A stretch of DNA of 48,822 nucleotides from Kiritimatiellia bacterium (GTDB lineage Bacteria; Verrucomicrobiota; Kiritimatiellia; SLAD01): contig SLRP01000182.1 in assembly GCA_007130845.1 (NCBI GenBank), positions 1-48,822 of the forward strand, in the 5' to 3' direction. Under the pieces are notes generated by a model. That model saw only the letters and a list, made by a program, of their open reading frames with translations, did not search any database and was not told the DNA's origin. Positions within the stretch are counted from its first letter, which is position 1; every line of letters begins with the position of its first letter. The position numbers and the translations under genes were made by a program. Shown piece after piece: positions 36,518-45,942 of this stretch.

Positions 36518-38332
36518 CTAGACTTTATGAGCAGGCTCTCGAAGTCGTTCCTCAAGTCTTTCCAGCTCCCATACAAGCTCATCCGGAAGTTTCTTGCCGA
36601 ACTTCTCGTAATGTTTCTGCATGTCGGGCGTCTCATTAAGCCACTCTTCGAGATCGACCTTCAGCAGCTCCTTCATATCCTTGGCATCGAGATCCAGGCC
36701 TTCGATATCAATGGAGTCCGGAGTAGGAAGCCGTCCTATCGGTGTATCCTGCGCCTCCGCGCGGCCGGCGCACCGCTCGAATATCCATTTGAGTACCCGG
36801 CTGTTTTCGCCGAATCCGGGCCATAGCCATTTTCCGTCGGCATCTTTTCTGAACCAGTTGACATAATAGATCTTCGGCAACTTTGAGTCGTCATGCTCAT
36901 TCCCTATCTTGACCCAGTGGGCCAGATAGTCGCCCATGTGATATCCGCAGAACGGTAGCATGGCCATGGGATCACGTCGTACCTCGCCAACCTTGCCTGC
37001 GGCGGCTGCGGTTTTTTCTGAAGACATCACTGAGCCAAGGAATGTTCCATGGTGCCAGTTATATGCCTCGTTAACCAGCGGGATTGTGGTGGCGCGGCGT
37101 CCTCCGAAAAGAAACGCGTCAATCGCTACACCCTTGGGATCTTCCCATTCCTCGGCGATTACCGGGCATTGGCGGGCCGGTGTTGTGAAACGGGCATTCG
37201 GATGAGCGGCGGTCCTTCCGGACCCGGGTGTCAAAGGCCTTCGCAGCCAGTCGAATAGCAATTCCGGCTGGTCGTCGGACATCTCCTCCCACCATATATC
37301 CCCTTCAGGCGTTATTGCGCAGTTGGTGAAAATGCTGTTGGCATGCAGTGTCCGCATGGCATTGGGATTGGATGCCATGCTTGTGCCGGGTGCGACGCCG
37401 AAGAAGCCGGCTTCCGGATTAATGGCATAGAGGCGCCCATCCTCTCCGAATTTCATCCATGCTATGTCATCCCCTATGGTTTCTATCTTCCAGCCGAGCA
37501 GGCTGGGTTCCATCATGGCCAGGTTAGTCTTGCCGCAGGCGCTCGGAAAAGCCGCAGCAATATATTTCACCTCGCCTTCAGGAGAAGTGATCTTCAGGAT
37601 AAGCATATGCTCTGCCATCCAGCCCTCGTCCCGGGCCTGAACGGAAGCTATGCGCAATGCATGACACTTCTTGCCGAGCAGCGCGTTTCCGCCGTAGCCG
37701 GACCCGAAAGACCATATTTCCCGTGTCTCAGGGTAATGGGTGATATACTTGTTTTCGGCGTTGCATGGCCAGGGTACATCCGGTGTCTTGGGGGTGGATA
37801 GCGGTGCGCCTATTGAATGCAGACCTCGCACGAAATCTTCGCTTTCGCCCAGAACCCTCAGGACTTCAGACCCTACGCGCGCCATGATGTGCATGTTCAC
37901 AACCACATAGGGTGAGTCGGTAAGTTCTATTCCCACCTTTGCAATTGGACTGCCGATGGGTCCCATTGAGTATGGGATCACGTACATGGAACGACCCTTC
38001 ATGCAGCCGTCATACAGCTTGCGAAGCTTGTCCTTCATCTCCTTGGGATCCGCCCAGTTATTGGTCGGACCGGCGTCCTCCTCCTTTTCGGAGCAGACAA
38101 AGGTGAATTCCTCTACCCGGGCAACATCAGCGGGATCCGATCGGCAGAAAAAACTGTTTGGGCGGATATCATCGTTCAGGCGAATGAAGGTTCCGGATTT
38201 GACAAGGGCGTTGGTCATGCGGTCGTATTCCTCGCGAGTTCCATCGCACCAGACCACGTTGTCCGGCTGACACATCGCGGCTATTTCTTCCACCCAATCC
38301 AATAATTTTTGATTCTTAGTCATGACAGCCAT
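36518..38332 (-). CDS. pckG: phosphoenolpyruvate carboxykinase (GTP)
   Basis: 604 aa with the kinase-1a motif FPSACGKTN. Strong SD GGAGGAAAG upstream. Confidence 0.95.
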   Translation of the reverse strand: MAVMTKNQKLLDWVEEIAAMCQPDNVVWCDGTREEYDRMTNALVKSGTFIRLNDDIRPNSFFCRSDPADVARVEEFTFVCSEKEEDAGPTNNWADPKEMKDKLRKLYDGCMKGRSMYVIPYSMGPIGSPIAKVGIELTDSPYVVVNMHIMARVGSEVLRVLGESEDFVRGLHSIGAPLSTPKTPDVPWPCNAENKYITHYPETREIWSFGSGYGGNALLGKKCHALRIASVQARDEGWMAEHMLILKITSPEGEVKYIAAAFPSACGKTNLAMMEPSLLGWKIETIGDDIAWMKFGEDGRLYAINPEAGFFGVAPGTSMASNPNAMRTLHANSIFTNCAITPEGDIWWEEMSDDQPELLFDWLRRPLTPGSGRTAAHPNARFTTPARQCPVIAEEWEDPKGVAIDAFLFGGRRATTIPLVNEAYNWHHGTFLGSVMSSEKTAAAAGKVGEVRRDPMAMLPFCGYHMGDYLAHWVKIGNEHDDSKLPKIYYVNWFRKDADGKWLWPGFGENSRVLKWIFERCAGRAEAQDTPIGRLPTPDSIDIEGLDLDAKDMKELLKVDLEEWLNETPDMQKHYEKFGKKLPDELVWELERLEERLREPAHKV

Positions 38333-38555
38333 CTTTCCTCCATGGTTGGTTTCAACAGGGCATGTGAACTATACTTACGTGTGTTTTGATGTATATAGGG
38401 GTGCGTACCGAATGGGATATAATCCAAACCCTTAGAGAGTCATGGATATTTTGTTCTAATGCTGATTCCCTCCTCTTCATGTATGTCTTTGTAGAAGATG
38501 CCCGGGTTTAATCCAAGCCCTTAATGGATAAATTTGGCCCAAATACAGTGAATTG

Positions 38556-38652
38556 CATACATACCACCCCAATATCCCCATTCTTACTCTTGCTCCTAAT
38601 CCTACTCGAACTCGTACTGTCACTCGTATCCAGCCCATCCCTCGAAATACAC
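38556..38652 (+). repeat. G-depleted pyrimidine-rich tract with hexamer-periodic ACTCGN units
   Basis: Only 7 G in 97 nt on the + strand. Contains CCTACTCGAACTCGTACTGTCACTCGTATCC (ACTCGA ACTCGT ACTGTC ACTCGT). Confidence 0.5.
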
Positions 38653-38852
38653 AGATGGGTCCAGAAAAAAACTCTGCAAGCAATCCGTGGCATGTGGAAG
38701 TCAGGACGTTGACAACCATATCGCGCGGCAGATTCGCCGTTCAGCACTGCTGACCGATCAGGGAATGATACGCCTTACCCCTGTGCTTCCGCTGGATCAA
38801 TGTACTCACTGCTTGAAAGCATGGTCAGATTAGGTCATACTGGTCGGTCCAT

Positions 38853-41777
38853 ATGAAGGAAAGCACTCTGCCAGTCTCAAATCCGGGGCGTGTTGACGAA
38901 CAGGTTCTGGATGAATTCCGCAAAGCCGTTCGCGGCGGTGTGCGGGCTGATCCGGTCACGCGCCATGCTTATTCCACCGATGCAAGTATGTACAAGTATG
39001 TACCGGAAGTCGTTATCGAGCCGCTTGACAGGGAAGACATGCTTTCAACGATCCGGATTTGCGCTAGGTTCAAGCTTCCCCTGCTCGCGCGAGGCGGGGG
39101 AACAAGCCTTGTGGGGCAATCCATAGGAAGCTCCGTTGTCATGGATGTGTCGCGTCATTGCAACCGCATTCTGGAATTCAACCCCGAGGAACGCTGGATA
39201 AGAGTGGAGCCCGGCATGGTCCGTGATGAACTTAATAAATTCCTCAAACCTCATGGACTGCACTTCGCTCCCGATCCTGCAACAACAAGCCGGGCAAATA
39301 TAGGGGGCATGATCGCCAACAACTCGTCCGGTATGCGGTCGATCCAGTACGGCATGACCATAGATCACGTCCTTGGCATTGACCTGGCGCTTGCGGACGG
39401 TGAAGTAATCTCTCTCGGCCCGGTGGATGGGGTCGATATGAATCATGACCCGCGTGACCGGTCCGAACTCCTGCAGCAGTCGGTAATGCGTATCATTGAC
39501 CGCGAGCGTCAGGAGATCATTGAAAGATATCCAAAGGTTTCCCGCCGTTCCGGCGGTTATCCCCTTGATGCCTTTGTCTCCCCGCCTCCATGGAACTTCG
39601 CCAAACTTATAGCGGGTAGTGAAGGCACGCTGGGTGTGATTACAGAGGCCAGACTCAACCTGGAGCCTCTGCCGGCTCATTCAGGGCTCTGTCTTGCCCA
39701 TTTCAAAACTCTCGGAGAATGTCTCAGAGCTGTAAAACCAATTGTGGATTTTGCGCCTTCGGCGGTCGAATTGATAGACGGGTTGATTATACGCAGGGCC
39801 CGCGAGCATACCATGACCAAAGCTACCTGCGCCATTATTGAAGATGAACCGGAAGGATTGCTTGTTATTGAAGTGCGGTCTGACGACGCAAGTGAAGTCC
39901 AGGACCGCCTAGGACGCATTCAATCCATGCTCGAGACATCGGGTATGGGATATGCCGCGCCGGTCATGCTTAATCCCGAAGATGTCAAGGCGGTCTGGGA
40001 CATGCGGGAGAGCGCGCTCGGCCTGATGTCCACGGTAAAAGGGAACATCAAGCCCGTTCCGTACATCGAGGATGCGGCGGTTCCGCTGGATAGTCTTCCG
40101 GATTATGTCGAAGAAGTTCTGGCTGTCTGCGAAAAATACGAACGGACGGTGTCCTTGTTCGCGCATGCCGGGGCCGGACTCCTGCACATTCGCCCCATGC
40201 ACGACCTCCATAAACCGGAGGATGTGAAGTTGATGCTCCGGATACAGGATGAAGTTTTTGATCTCGTTAAACGATACGGGGGATCATGGAGCGGTGAACA
40301 CGGAGACGGGATTATACGAGGCGGATATAACCGGGCATTCTTCGGAGATCGGATTTATCAGGCATTTGTGGAAATTAAGGATCTTTTCGATCCTGACGGC
40401 CTGATTAACCCGGGGAAAGTCGTCAATACCCCGCAACGCGACAAACATTTGCGTCTGGCAGGCGGTTCTCAGCCTGTTCCGGTTCAAACAGGATATCGGT
40501 GGATCGAAGACGGAACCCTGATGAGGGCTTCCGAACAGTGCACCGGAATAGGCGCCTGCCGCAGGATAAGCTCCGGCGTAATGTGTCCCTCGTATATGGC
40601 CACACGCGATGAGATTCATTCCACGCGGGGACGTGCAAACACCTTGAGACAGGCGTTATCGGGGGAGCTTGGTAGGGATGCCTTGAGCCGGAAGGATGTT
40701 ATGGCGGTCTTTGATCTCTGCCTTTCATGCAAAGGCTGCAAGGGAGAATGTCCGAACAAGGTAGATGTCGGCAAAATGAAGGCTGAGCTGCAATATCAGT
40801 ACTACAAACAGCATCGCCGACCTTTACGAGATCGTATCTTTGCCAACGCAGCCTTGCTTGGCCGCTTTCATGCCGGTTGGCATGCGCCATTGGCAAATGC
40901 CTTGCTTGAAGCGAGGCCGCTGCGCTTTCTTCTCGACCGGATGATGGGAATAGATGCCCGGCGCCCCCTGCCGCGGTACGCCAGCCGGCGTTTCAGTACC
41001 TGGTTCAGAAAGCGCAACGGTTCAGTTGCGCACGGCAGGAAGGTCGTGTTGTTCAACGATATCTATTCAGAATACCACGAGCCGGAACTCGGCCGGGCCG
41101 CAGTGAGGGTCTTGGAGGCATTCGGATATCAGGTTGAACTGTTCAACAATGCCGACAGCCGGAGGCCCGCCCTCTCGCTGGGTATGCTTGACCATGCCAA
41201 ACGGGGCGGAAATAAACTGTTCAGCCGGCTTTCCGTCCCCGCCAAACAGGGCTGTCCCATCCTGGTACTGGAACCAAGCTGCGCCACCGCGCTTCTGCAG
41301 GATCTTCCGGACCTCGTGGATGATACCGATATGGCACAGACAGTCGCATCCAACGTATTCCTGCTCGACAGCTTTCTGGCCGATGAAATCGATGCAGGAA
41401 AGTGTGTGTGCCCGGAAATGAACGGATCCAGCATGACCATATTCCATCACCCGCACTGCCATCAAAAATCCATTGATCAGGGTCGCGGCACGGCCTCGCT
41501 GCTCAACCGTATAACAGACGCAAATATTATCATCAGCCCGGCGGGATGCTGCGGTATGGCGGGATCCTTCGGATACGAGAAGGAACATTATGACCTGTCG
41601 GTAAAAGTGGCGGAAGACCGCCTGCTTCCATCGCTAAAAGGCCTTCAAGATGATGCAATTGTGGTGTCCACAGGCTTCTCCTGCCGCCACCAGATATCCG
41701 ATTTGACCAGACGCCGCGTAATCCACCCCGTACAGCTCATGGATGGTTTAATAAATAAAGAAGAAAGTGATATTTGA
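38853..41777 (+). CDS. FAD-binding (PCMH-type) and Fe-S/CCG-domain oxidoreductase, YdiJ/GlcD-GlcF fusion-like
   Basis: 974 aa. N-terminal RGGGTSLVGQS FAD-binding block. Central Cys clusters CTGIGACRR..MCPSY and CLSCKGCKGECPNKVD. C-terminal Cys-rich (CCG-like) segments. Confidence 0.8.
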   Translation: MKESTLPVSNPGRVDEQVLDEFRKAVRGGVRADPVTRHAYSTDASMYKYVPEVVIEPLDREDMLSTIRICARFKLPLLARGGGTSLVGQSIGSSVVMDVSRHCNRILEFNPEERWIRVEPGMVRDELNKFLKPHGLHFAPDPATTSRANIGGMIANNSSGMRSIQYGMTIDHVLGIDLALADGEVISLGPVDGVDMNHDPRDRSELLQQSVMRIIDRERQEIIERYPKVSRRSGGYPLDAFVSPPPWNFAKLIAGSEGTLGVITEARLNLEPLPAHSGLCLAHFKTLGECLRAVKPIVDFAPSAVELIDGLIIRRAREHTMTKATCAIIEDEPEGLLVIEVRSDDASEVQDRLGRIQSMLETSGMGYAAPVMLNPEDVKAVWDMRESALGLMSTVKGNIKPVPYIEDAAVPLDSLPDYVEEVLAVCEKYERTVSLFAHAGAGLLHIRPMHDLHKPEDVKLMLRIQDEVFDLVKRYGGSWSGEHGDGIIRGGYNRAFFGDRIYQAFVEIKDLFDPDGLINPGKVVNTPQRDKHLRLAGGSQPVPVQTGYRWIEDGTLMRASEQCTGIGACRRISSGVMCPSYMATRDEIHSTRGRANTLRQALSGELGRDALSRKDVMAVFDLCLSCKGCKGECPNKVDVGKMKAELQYQYYKQHRRPLRDRIFANAALLGRFHAGWHAPLANALLEARPLRFLLDRMMGIDARRPLPRYASRRFSTWFRKRNGSVAHGRKVVLFNDIYSEYHEPELGRAAVRVLEAFGYQVELFNNADSRRPALSLGMLDHAKRGGNKLFSRLSVPAKQGCPILVLEPSCATALLQDLPDLVDDTDMAQTVASNVFLLDSFLADEIDAGKCVCPEMNGSSMTIFHHPHCHQKSIDQGRGTASLLNRITDANIIISPAGCCGMAGSFGYEKEHYDLSVKVAEDRLLPSLKGLQDDAIVVSTGFSCRHQISDLTRRRVIHPVQLMDGLINKEESDI

Positions 41778-41965
41778 AGGCAGTGGTGCATTACCTCACC
41801 TTCGGCAACACGGTTTCGCGAATAATGAAAACCCCTTTGCCCTTGGTCATTGAGGGGCCGAATTTTCTTGAAAGAGTTTTTAAAATTCTGAACCCTGCTT
41901 CGAGCATGCGTAAGATGCTGATGCGGCATGATAAAAACACGGGACCACACAAGGAAAAAATCATT

Positions 41966-43447
41966 ATGAAATCTGAAAAGAGAACACAATCGGGAATCAG
42001 CAAATACGCATGTTTGTTCGTTGTGCTGTTTTTAGTCCTGTTTACCTGCTCGGTGGGTTATTCCCAGTCGCTGAACAATTCCAAGTTTCTTGGATATCGG
42101 GGCATTTGGTTCACTCTGGGCCAGGTGGAACGTATGAAGCATTTCGGATACAGCGGCGACTATGGCGACAAGTATTCGGGGGGGCTGTCCTTTGCGTGGA
42201 GCCATACAGTAGCGCCAATGGCCCTTTATGCCCCCGAGGTCGATAAGACATTTTTTGTGTACGGAGGCACAACCGAACCCGATACAAGATATCTCATGGC
42301 AATGGCATCATATTATGACCATGCCAATCACCGGGTTCCCCGTCCAACCATAGTAAGAGACCAGACTGGAGTGGACGACCCTCATGACAATCCAAGTATA
42401 GCCATAGATGACGATGGTTACATATATGTCTTCGTTGCCGGCCGCGGCAGGCGCAGGCCTGGACAGATATTCCGCGCTACAGAGCCGTACTCGGTGGATA
42501 AGTTTGAGAAACTGATATCCAGGGAGCAGACATACTCTCATATATGGCATATTGAGGGCAAAGGGTTCATGCACCTGCTCACCCTCTATACTGCCGGACG
42601 CGAGCTATACTGGGAAACAAGCGGGGACGGCATGGACTGGACAGACAGCCCTGCCGAGGATCTGTCTAAGCTTGCCGGTTTCGGCGGACACTACCAGGTG
42701 ACGAGATTGGATGAAAGCCGACAGCGTGTCGGTTCCGCCTTCAACTATCACCCGGAAAGAGATGTGGATCGCCGCACCAATATATATTACGTGGAAACAC
42801 GTGATTTTGGCGAGACATGGACAACCGTTGACGGAAAGGAGCTTGCCACACCGCTGGATGATCGCGACAACCCTGCCTTGGTGGTCGACTATGAGGCCAA
42901 GGGCAAGACCGTGTATATAACGAAACTGGTGTATGACTATGATGGTAACCCGGCAATCCTTTCCGTGGTCAGCGAGGGTTACATGCCGGGTCCGAAAAAC
43001 GATCCCAGGATATGGGAGATCGTCCACTGGACCGGGGATGAATGGAAAACCTACGAGGTTACGCGTTCCGATCACAACTATGACATGGGCAGCCTTTATA
43101 TCGACGGGGACCAGTGGACTGTAATCGGCCCTGCCTTGACCGGTCCGCAACCGTATCATACCGGCGGCGAAGTCGGCCTGTGGAAATCTACCGATGGAGG
43201 TAAGACATGGAACCTGGAACATGAGGTTACCCGTAATAGTTCCATGAATCATAGCTACGTCCGCAGACCGCATAGACCGTCGGAACCGTTTTTCGGCGTA
43301 TGGGCAGACGCTGATTCAACTGAATTCTCCAAATCAAGGTTGTTTTTCACTGATTCCACTGGGGACCGGGTATATATGCTTCCATATACGATGATGAATG
43401 ACTATGAAGAACCGGTCCAGGTCTATCCTGATCCCGACGAGCAGTAG
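41966..43447 (+). CDS. secreted BNR/Asp-box repeat beta-propeller protein
   Basis: SD AAGGAAAAAA upstream of the ATG at 41966. Signal peptide. Asp-box motifs TSGDGMDWT, TRDFGETWT, STDGGKTWN. The ORF-track start at 41774 is rejected as an N-terminal extension. Confidence 0.7.
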   Translation: MKSEKRTQSGISKYACLFVVLFLVLFTCSVGYSQSLNNSKFLGYRGIWFTLGQVERMKHFGYSGDYGDKYSGGLSFAWSHTVAPMALYAPEVDKTFFVYGGTTEPDTRYLMAMASYYDHANHRVPRPTIVRDQTGVDDPHDNPSIAIDDDGYIYVFVAGRGRRRPGQIFRATEPYSVDKFEKLISREQTYSHIWHIEGKGFMHLLTLYTAGRELYWETSGDGMDWTDSPAEDLSKLAGFGGHYQVTRLDESRQRVGSAFNYHPERDVDRRTNIYYVETRDFGETWTTVDGKELATPLDDRDNPALVVDYEAKGKTVYITKLVYDYDGNPAILSVVSEGYMPGPKNDPRIWEIVHWTGDEWKTYEVTRSDHNYDMGSLYIDGDQWTVIGPALTGPQPYHTGGEVGLWKSTDGGKTWNLEHEVTRNSSMNHSYVRRPHRPSEPFFGVWADADSTEFSKSRLFFTDSTGDRVYMLPYTMMNDYEEPVQVYPDPDEQ

Positions 43448-43501
43448 GGGCAGGTATACCCCCAGGTGCTCTGACAATGTTTGCAGGATCCAGGCGAAAT
43501 A

Positions 43502-44122
43502 TTACTCCCTATGCAGAAGCGCCCGCGCCGTACTGATGGTTTCGTCAGGAGTGGTGTATAAAATTGACCTGATACCGCATTGTTCGGCCCCTTTGATGTT
43601 TTCAGGACGGTCATCGATAAACAGGCAGGTTTCCGGTTCAACGCCGAATTGTTTCATGGCCCGTTCATAGAAGGCCCGTTCCGGCTTGGAGGCGCGCAGC
43701 CGGAACGAAAACGCGGCATCAGAAAAGTAATCCAGCGAAGGGAACGCCTCGAACACATATGGCACATGCAGGTCGCTCGCGTTGCTTGCCAGATATACAC
43801 GGTAATCTTTGGAGATCTCCCTGCCGAAACCGGTCATGCGCTCATTTTCAGAAAAGATATCGCGCCATATAGCCGCGAATGTTTCGAAATCTCCGCTGAA
43901 TCCCGTTATGCGCACGAAATGATCGTAAAACTCCCGGGCTGAAAGATCTCCACGCTCATACCGGTTTACCGAAGAATCGCGCCGTATCAGGTCAAAGAAT
44001 CGTTCCGGGGATCCAGCGTGTTTTCCGTCACAATACTTCATCGCCTTTCGCAAAGCCGGGGCATAATCGATGTTCAACAGCACGACTCCAAGGTCAAACA
44101 GAATGTTCGTTTTTGTATCCAT
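43502..44122 (-). CDS. HAD-superfamily hydrolase (subfamily IA-like)
   Basis: Motif I variant ILFDLGVVLL near the N-terminus and motif IV LFIDDRPENI near the C-terminus. Confidence 0.65.
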   Translation of the reverse strand: MDTKTNILFDLGVVLLNIDYAPALRKAMKYCDGKHAGSPERFFDLIRRDSSVNRYERGDLSAREFYDHFVRITGFSGDFETFAAIWRDIFSENERMTGFGREISKDYRVYLASNASDLHVPYVFEAFPSLDYFSDAAFSFRLRASKPERAFYERAMKQFGVEPETCLFIDDRPENIKGAEQCGIRSILYTTPDETISTARALLHRE

Positions 44123-44129
44123 CTTGAAT

Positions 44130-44918
44130 CTAAGGGTCCGGGGAGTTGTTCAGGGGTCTAACAGGTCCAGCCGTAACGGCGAGTTCCCGTGCGAAATGCA
44201 GAACCGGTTCGCATTCCGGCAGTTTCAGCCCCAATTGCTCGGTCATGGTATTAATGCGTATATCTGCGACTGCCTCCTGCAAAGGCCATTGTTTGTGTTG
44301 TACGGTGCACCAGCCTGCCATGCCTTTCCGGGAAACTGAAAAAAGACAATAACGCTCCGTAAGCCAGCTATCAAGCGTTCCGGGCCTGGACAGGAATACA
44401 TCCCCTGCGGGTTCATAATCCATTTCAAGTTCGGCTGGCTGTGAATTCCGGTGTAAGCGCCGGGATCTGTACCGTATCCTGTTCCTTTCCAGTTTAACGG
44501 TCATATCCGCATGGTAATACGGAAGGGCATACCATGCGCGCGCAAAATGAACCGCCAGCCTGCTTGATGCGTCCAGGCTGAAGAACCAGACACCGTGAAC
44601 ACCGCCTTGTCGCACGTATGTACGCACGTTGAGCTCCGGAAACTCAAGGCCGCACAAATCCGGAGGTATTCCGCGAGGAGCAACACGGCTCATCCTGAAA
44701 GGCACAACCCCGATCCAGGCATCTCCCTCGAAGATATCCAGTTCAAGCGGAGCAGGAATCAACGATTTCAAAAGTTCCGGTGCGACAGGCCAATGCATGA
44801 AAAGCAGGTCATGCCAGTGCATCCGGATAATCCGGCGGCCGCCTTGACACATAAGGTATTCGGAATATTCATCCATGAGAAAATCATTGATTATTTCATA
44901 TTGCTGGTCAATTAACAC
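44130..44918 (-). CDS. DUF2071 (YqjF-like) domain-containing protein
   Basis: WHDLLFMHWPV, AWIGVVPFRM and FPELNVRTYV blocks. GTG start. Confidence 0.65.
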   Translation of the reverse strand: MLIDQQYEIINDFLMDEYSEYLMCQGGRRIIRMHWHDLLFMHWPVAPELLKSLIPAPLELDIFEGDAWIGVVPFRMSRVAPRGIPPDLCGLEFPELNVRTYVRQGGVHGVWFFSLDASSRLAVHFARAWYALPYYHADMTVKLERNRIRYRSRRLHRNSQPAELEMDYEPAGDVFLSRPGTLDSWLTERYCLFSVSRKGMAGWCTVQHKQWPLQEAVADIRINTMTEQLGLKLPECEPVLHFARELAVTAGPVRPLNNSPDP

Positions 44919-45037
44919 TTGGTATGCACCTCGCCGTAATCAGGAAGCCTGATCGGCCCTACGCGTTTGCTTGACTAGCCGCTTTGTCTGCGGGATAAAA
45001 GTCAACACCCTGAACTGTAGTCGGGTAGGAGCCAATC

Positions 45038-45937
45038 ATGACAAAACATATCGGTCTGGGACGCGGACTCAGTGCGTTGATAAAGGACACGCCCGTATCT
45101 GAAAACAAGGGCGCCGAAACTGATCAGGGCGTCACTCGGGTTCCCTTGAGTTCCATTCATAAGAGTCCATGGCAGCCGCGCCGAAACTTCGATGCCGACG
45201 CGCTGTCCGATCTTGTAAAGTCGGTCCGAGAACGCGGCCTGCTTCAGCCCCTTCTGGTAAGAAAAGCGGACGGCGCATATCAGTTGATCGCCGGCGAGCG
45301 GCGTTTTAGAGCCGCCCATGAAGCGGAACTGCAGGAAGTGCCCGTCATTGTCGTTGAGGCGTCTGACCGTGATGCACTTGAACTTGCCCTGATCGAGAAC
45401 CTGCAGAGGGAAGACCTTGATCCAATCGAAGAAGCGGAAGGGTACAGATCCCTTGTTGATAAATTCGGTCTGACGCAGGAAGAAGTCTCGGAGCGTGTGG
45501 GTAAGAGCCGGGCAGCCGTGGCCAACGCCCTGAGATTGCTGGGTCTTTCAGAAAAGGTCCGGAAATACATATCCTCCGGTGAGTTGAATGTCGGCCACGC
45601 AAAGGTCCTGTTGGGAGTGGAAATCCAGCAGGAACAGGATCTTCTGGCCGAGCGTATAATCAAAGAGGGATTGTCGGTCAGGGCCCTGGAAAAAATCATC
45701 GCAAACCTGCATAAACCCGGACGCACAACACGAAGAGAACAATCGGATATACCCGCATCGCATCTGCAGCATCTGTCCGATCAACTTCACCAACGTCTCG
45801 GAACCAGTGTGCGGGTAACCCCCAGCAAGACCCTGTCCAACGGCAAGAAAAGACGCGGCCGGATTGAGATAGATTATTACTCCACCGACGATCTTAACCG
45901 CCTTCTGGTAATCATGGGCATCTCCGAATCCCTTTGA
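45038..45937 (+). CDS. parB: ParB/Spo0J chromosome-partitioning protein
   Basis: GLGRGLSALI N-terminal box and LIENLQREDL (ParB box). HTH region and C-terminal dimerisation segment. SD GTAGGAG upstream. Confidence 0.9.
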   Translation: MTKHIGLGRGLSALIKDTPVSENKGAETDQGVTRVPLSSIHKSPWQPRRNFDADALSDLVKSVRERGLLQPLLVRKADGAYQLIAGERRFRAAHEAELQEVPVIVVEASDRDALELALIENLQREDLDPIEEAEGYRSLVDKFGLTQEEVSERVGKSRAAVANALRLLGLSEKVRKYISSGELNVGHAKVLLGVEIQQEQDLLAERIIKEGLSVRALEKIIANLHKPGRTTRREQSDIPASHLQHLSDQLHQRLGTSVRVTPSKTLSNGKKRRGRIEIDYYSTDDLNRLLVIMGISESL

Positions 45938-45942
45938 GTGCC

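Noticed and set aside
38752-38849. 10-bp long-range helix GACCGATCAG / CTGGTCGGTC ending 3 nt before the YdiJ-like start codon (possible riboswitch-like sequestration)
   Set aside because: Helices of this size at this span are expected by chance tens of times in the window, and no known aptamer motif lies between the arms.
41774-41965. N-terminal extensions suggested by the ORF track (41774 for the BNR gene, 4976 for Rrf2, 30780 for the SDR, 13417 for cobC)
   Set aside because: Internal ATGs give canonical family N-termini: a signal peptide preceded by an SD, MLSLST for Rrf2, the Rossmann MDIVIAGG for the SDR, and MTIFLVRH for cobC. The extensions have no homology-like features.
44919-45037. 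parS site upstream of parB
   Set aside because: There is no TGTTTCACGTGAAACA-like 16-mer here. By eye, the only GTGAAAC/GTTTCAC fragments elsewhere in the window are isolated half-sites inside coding regions.
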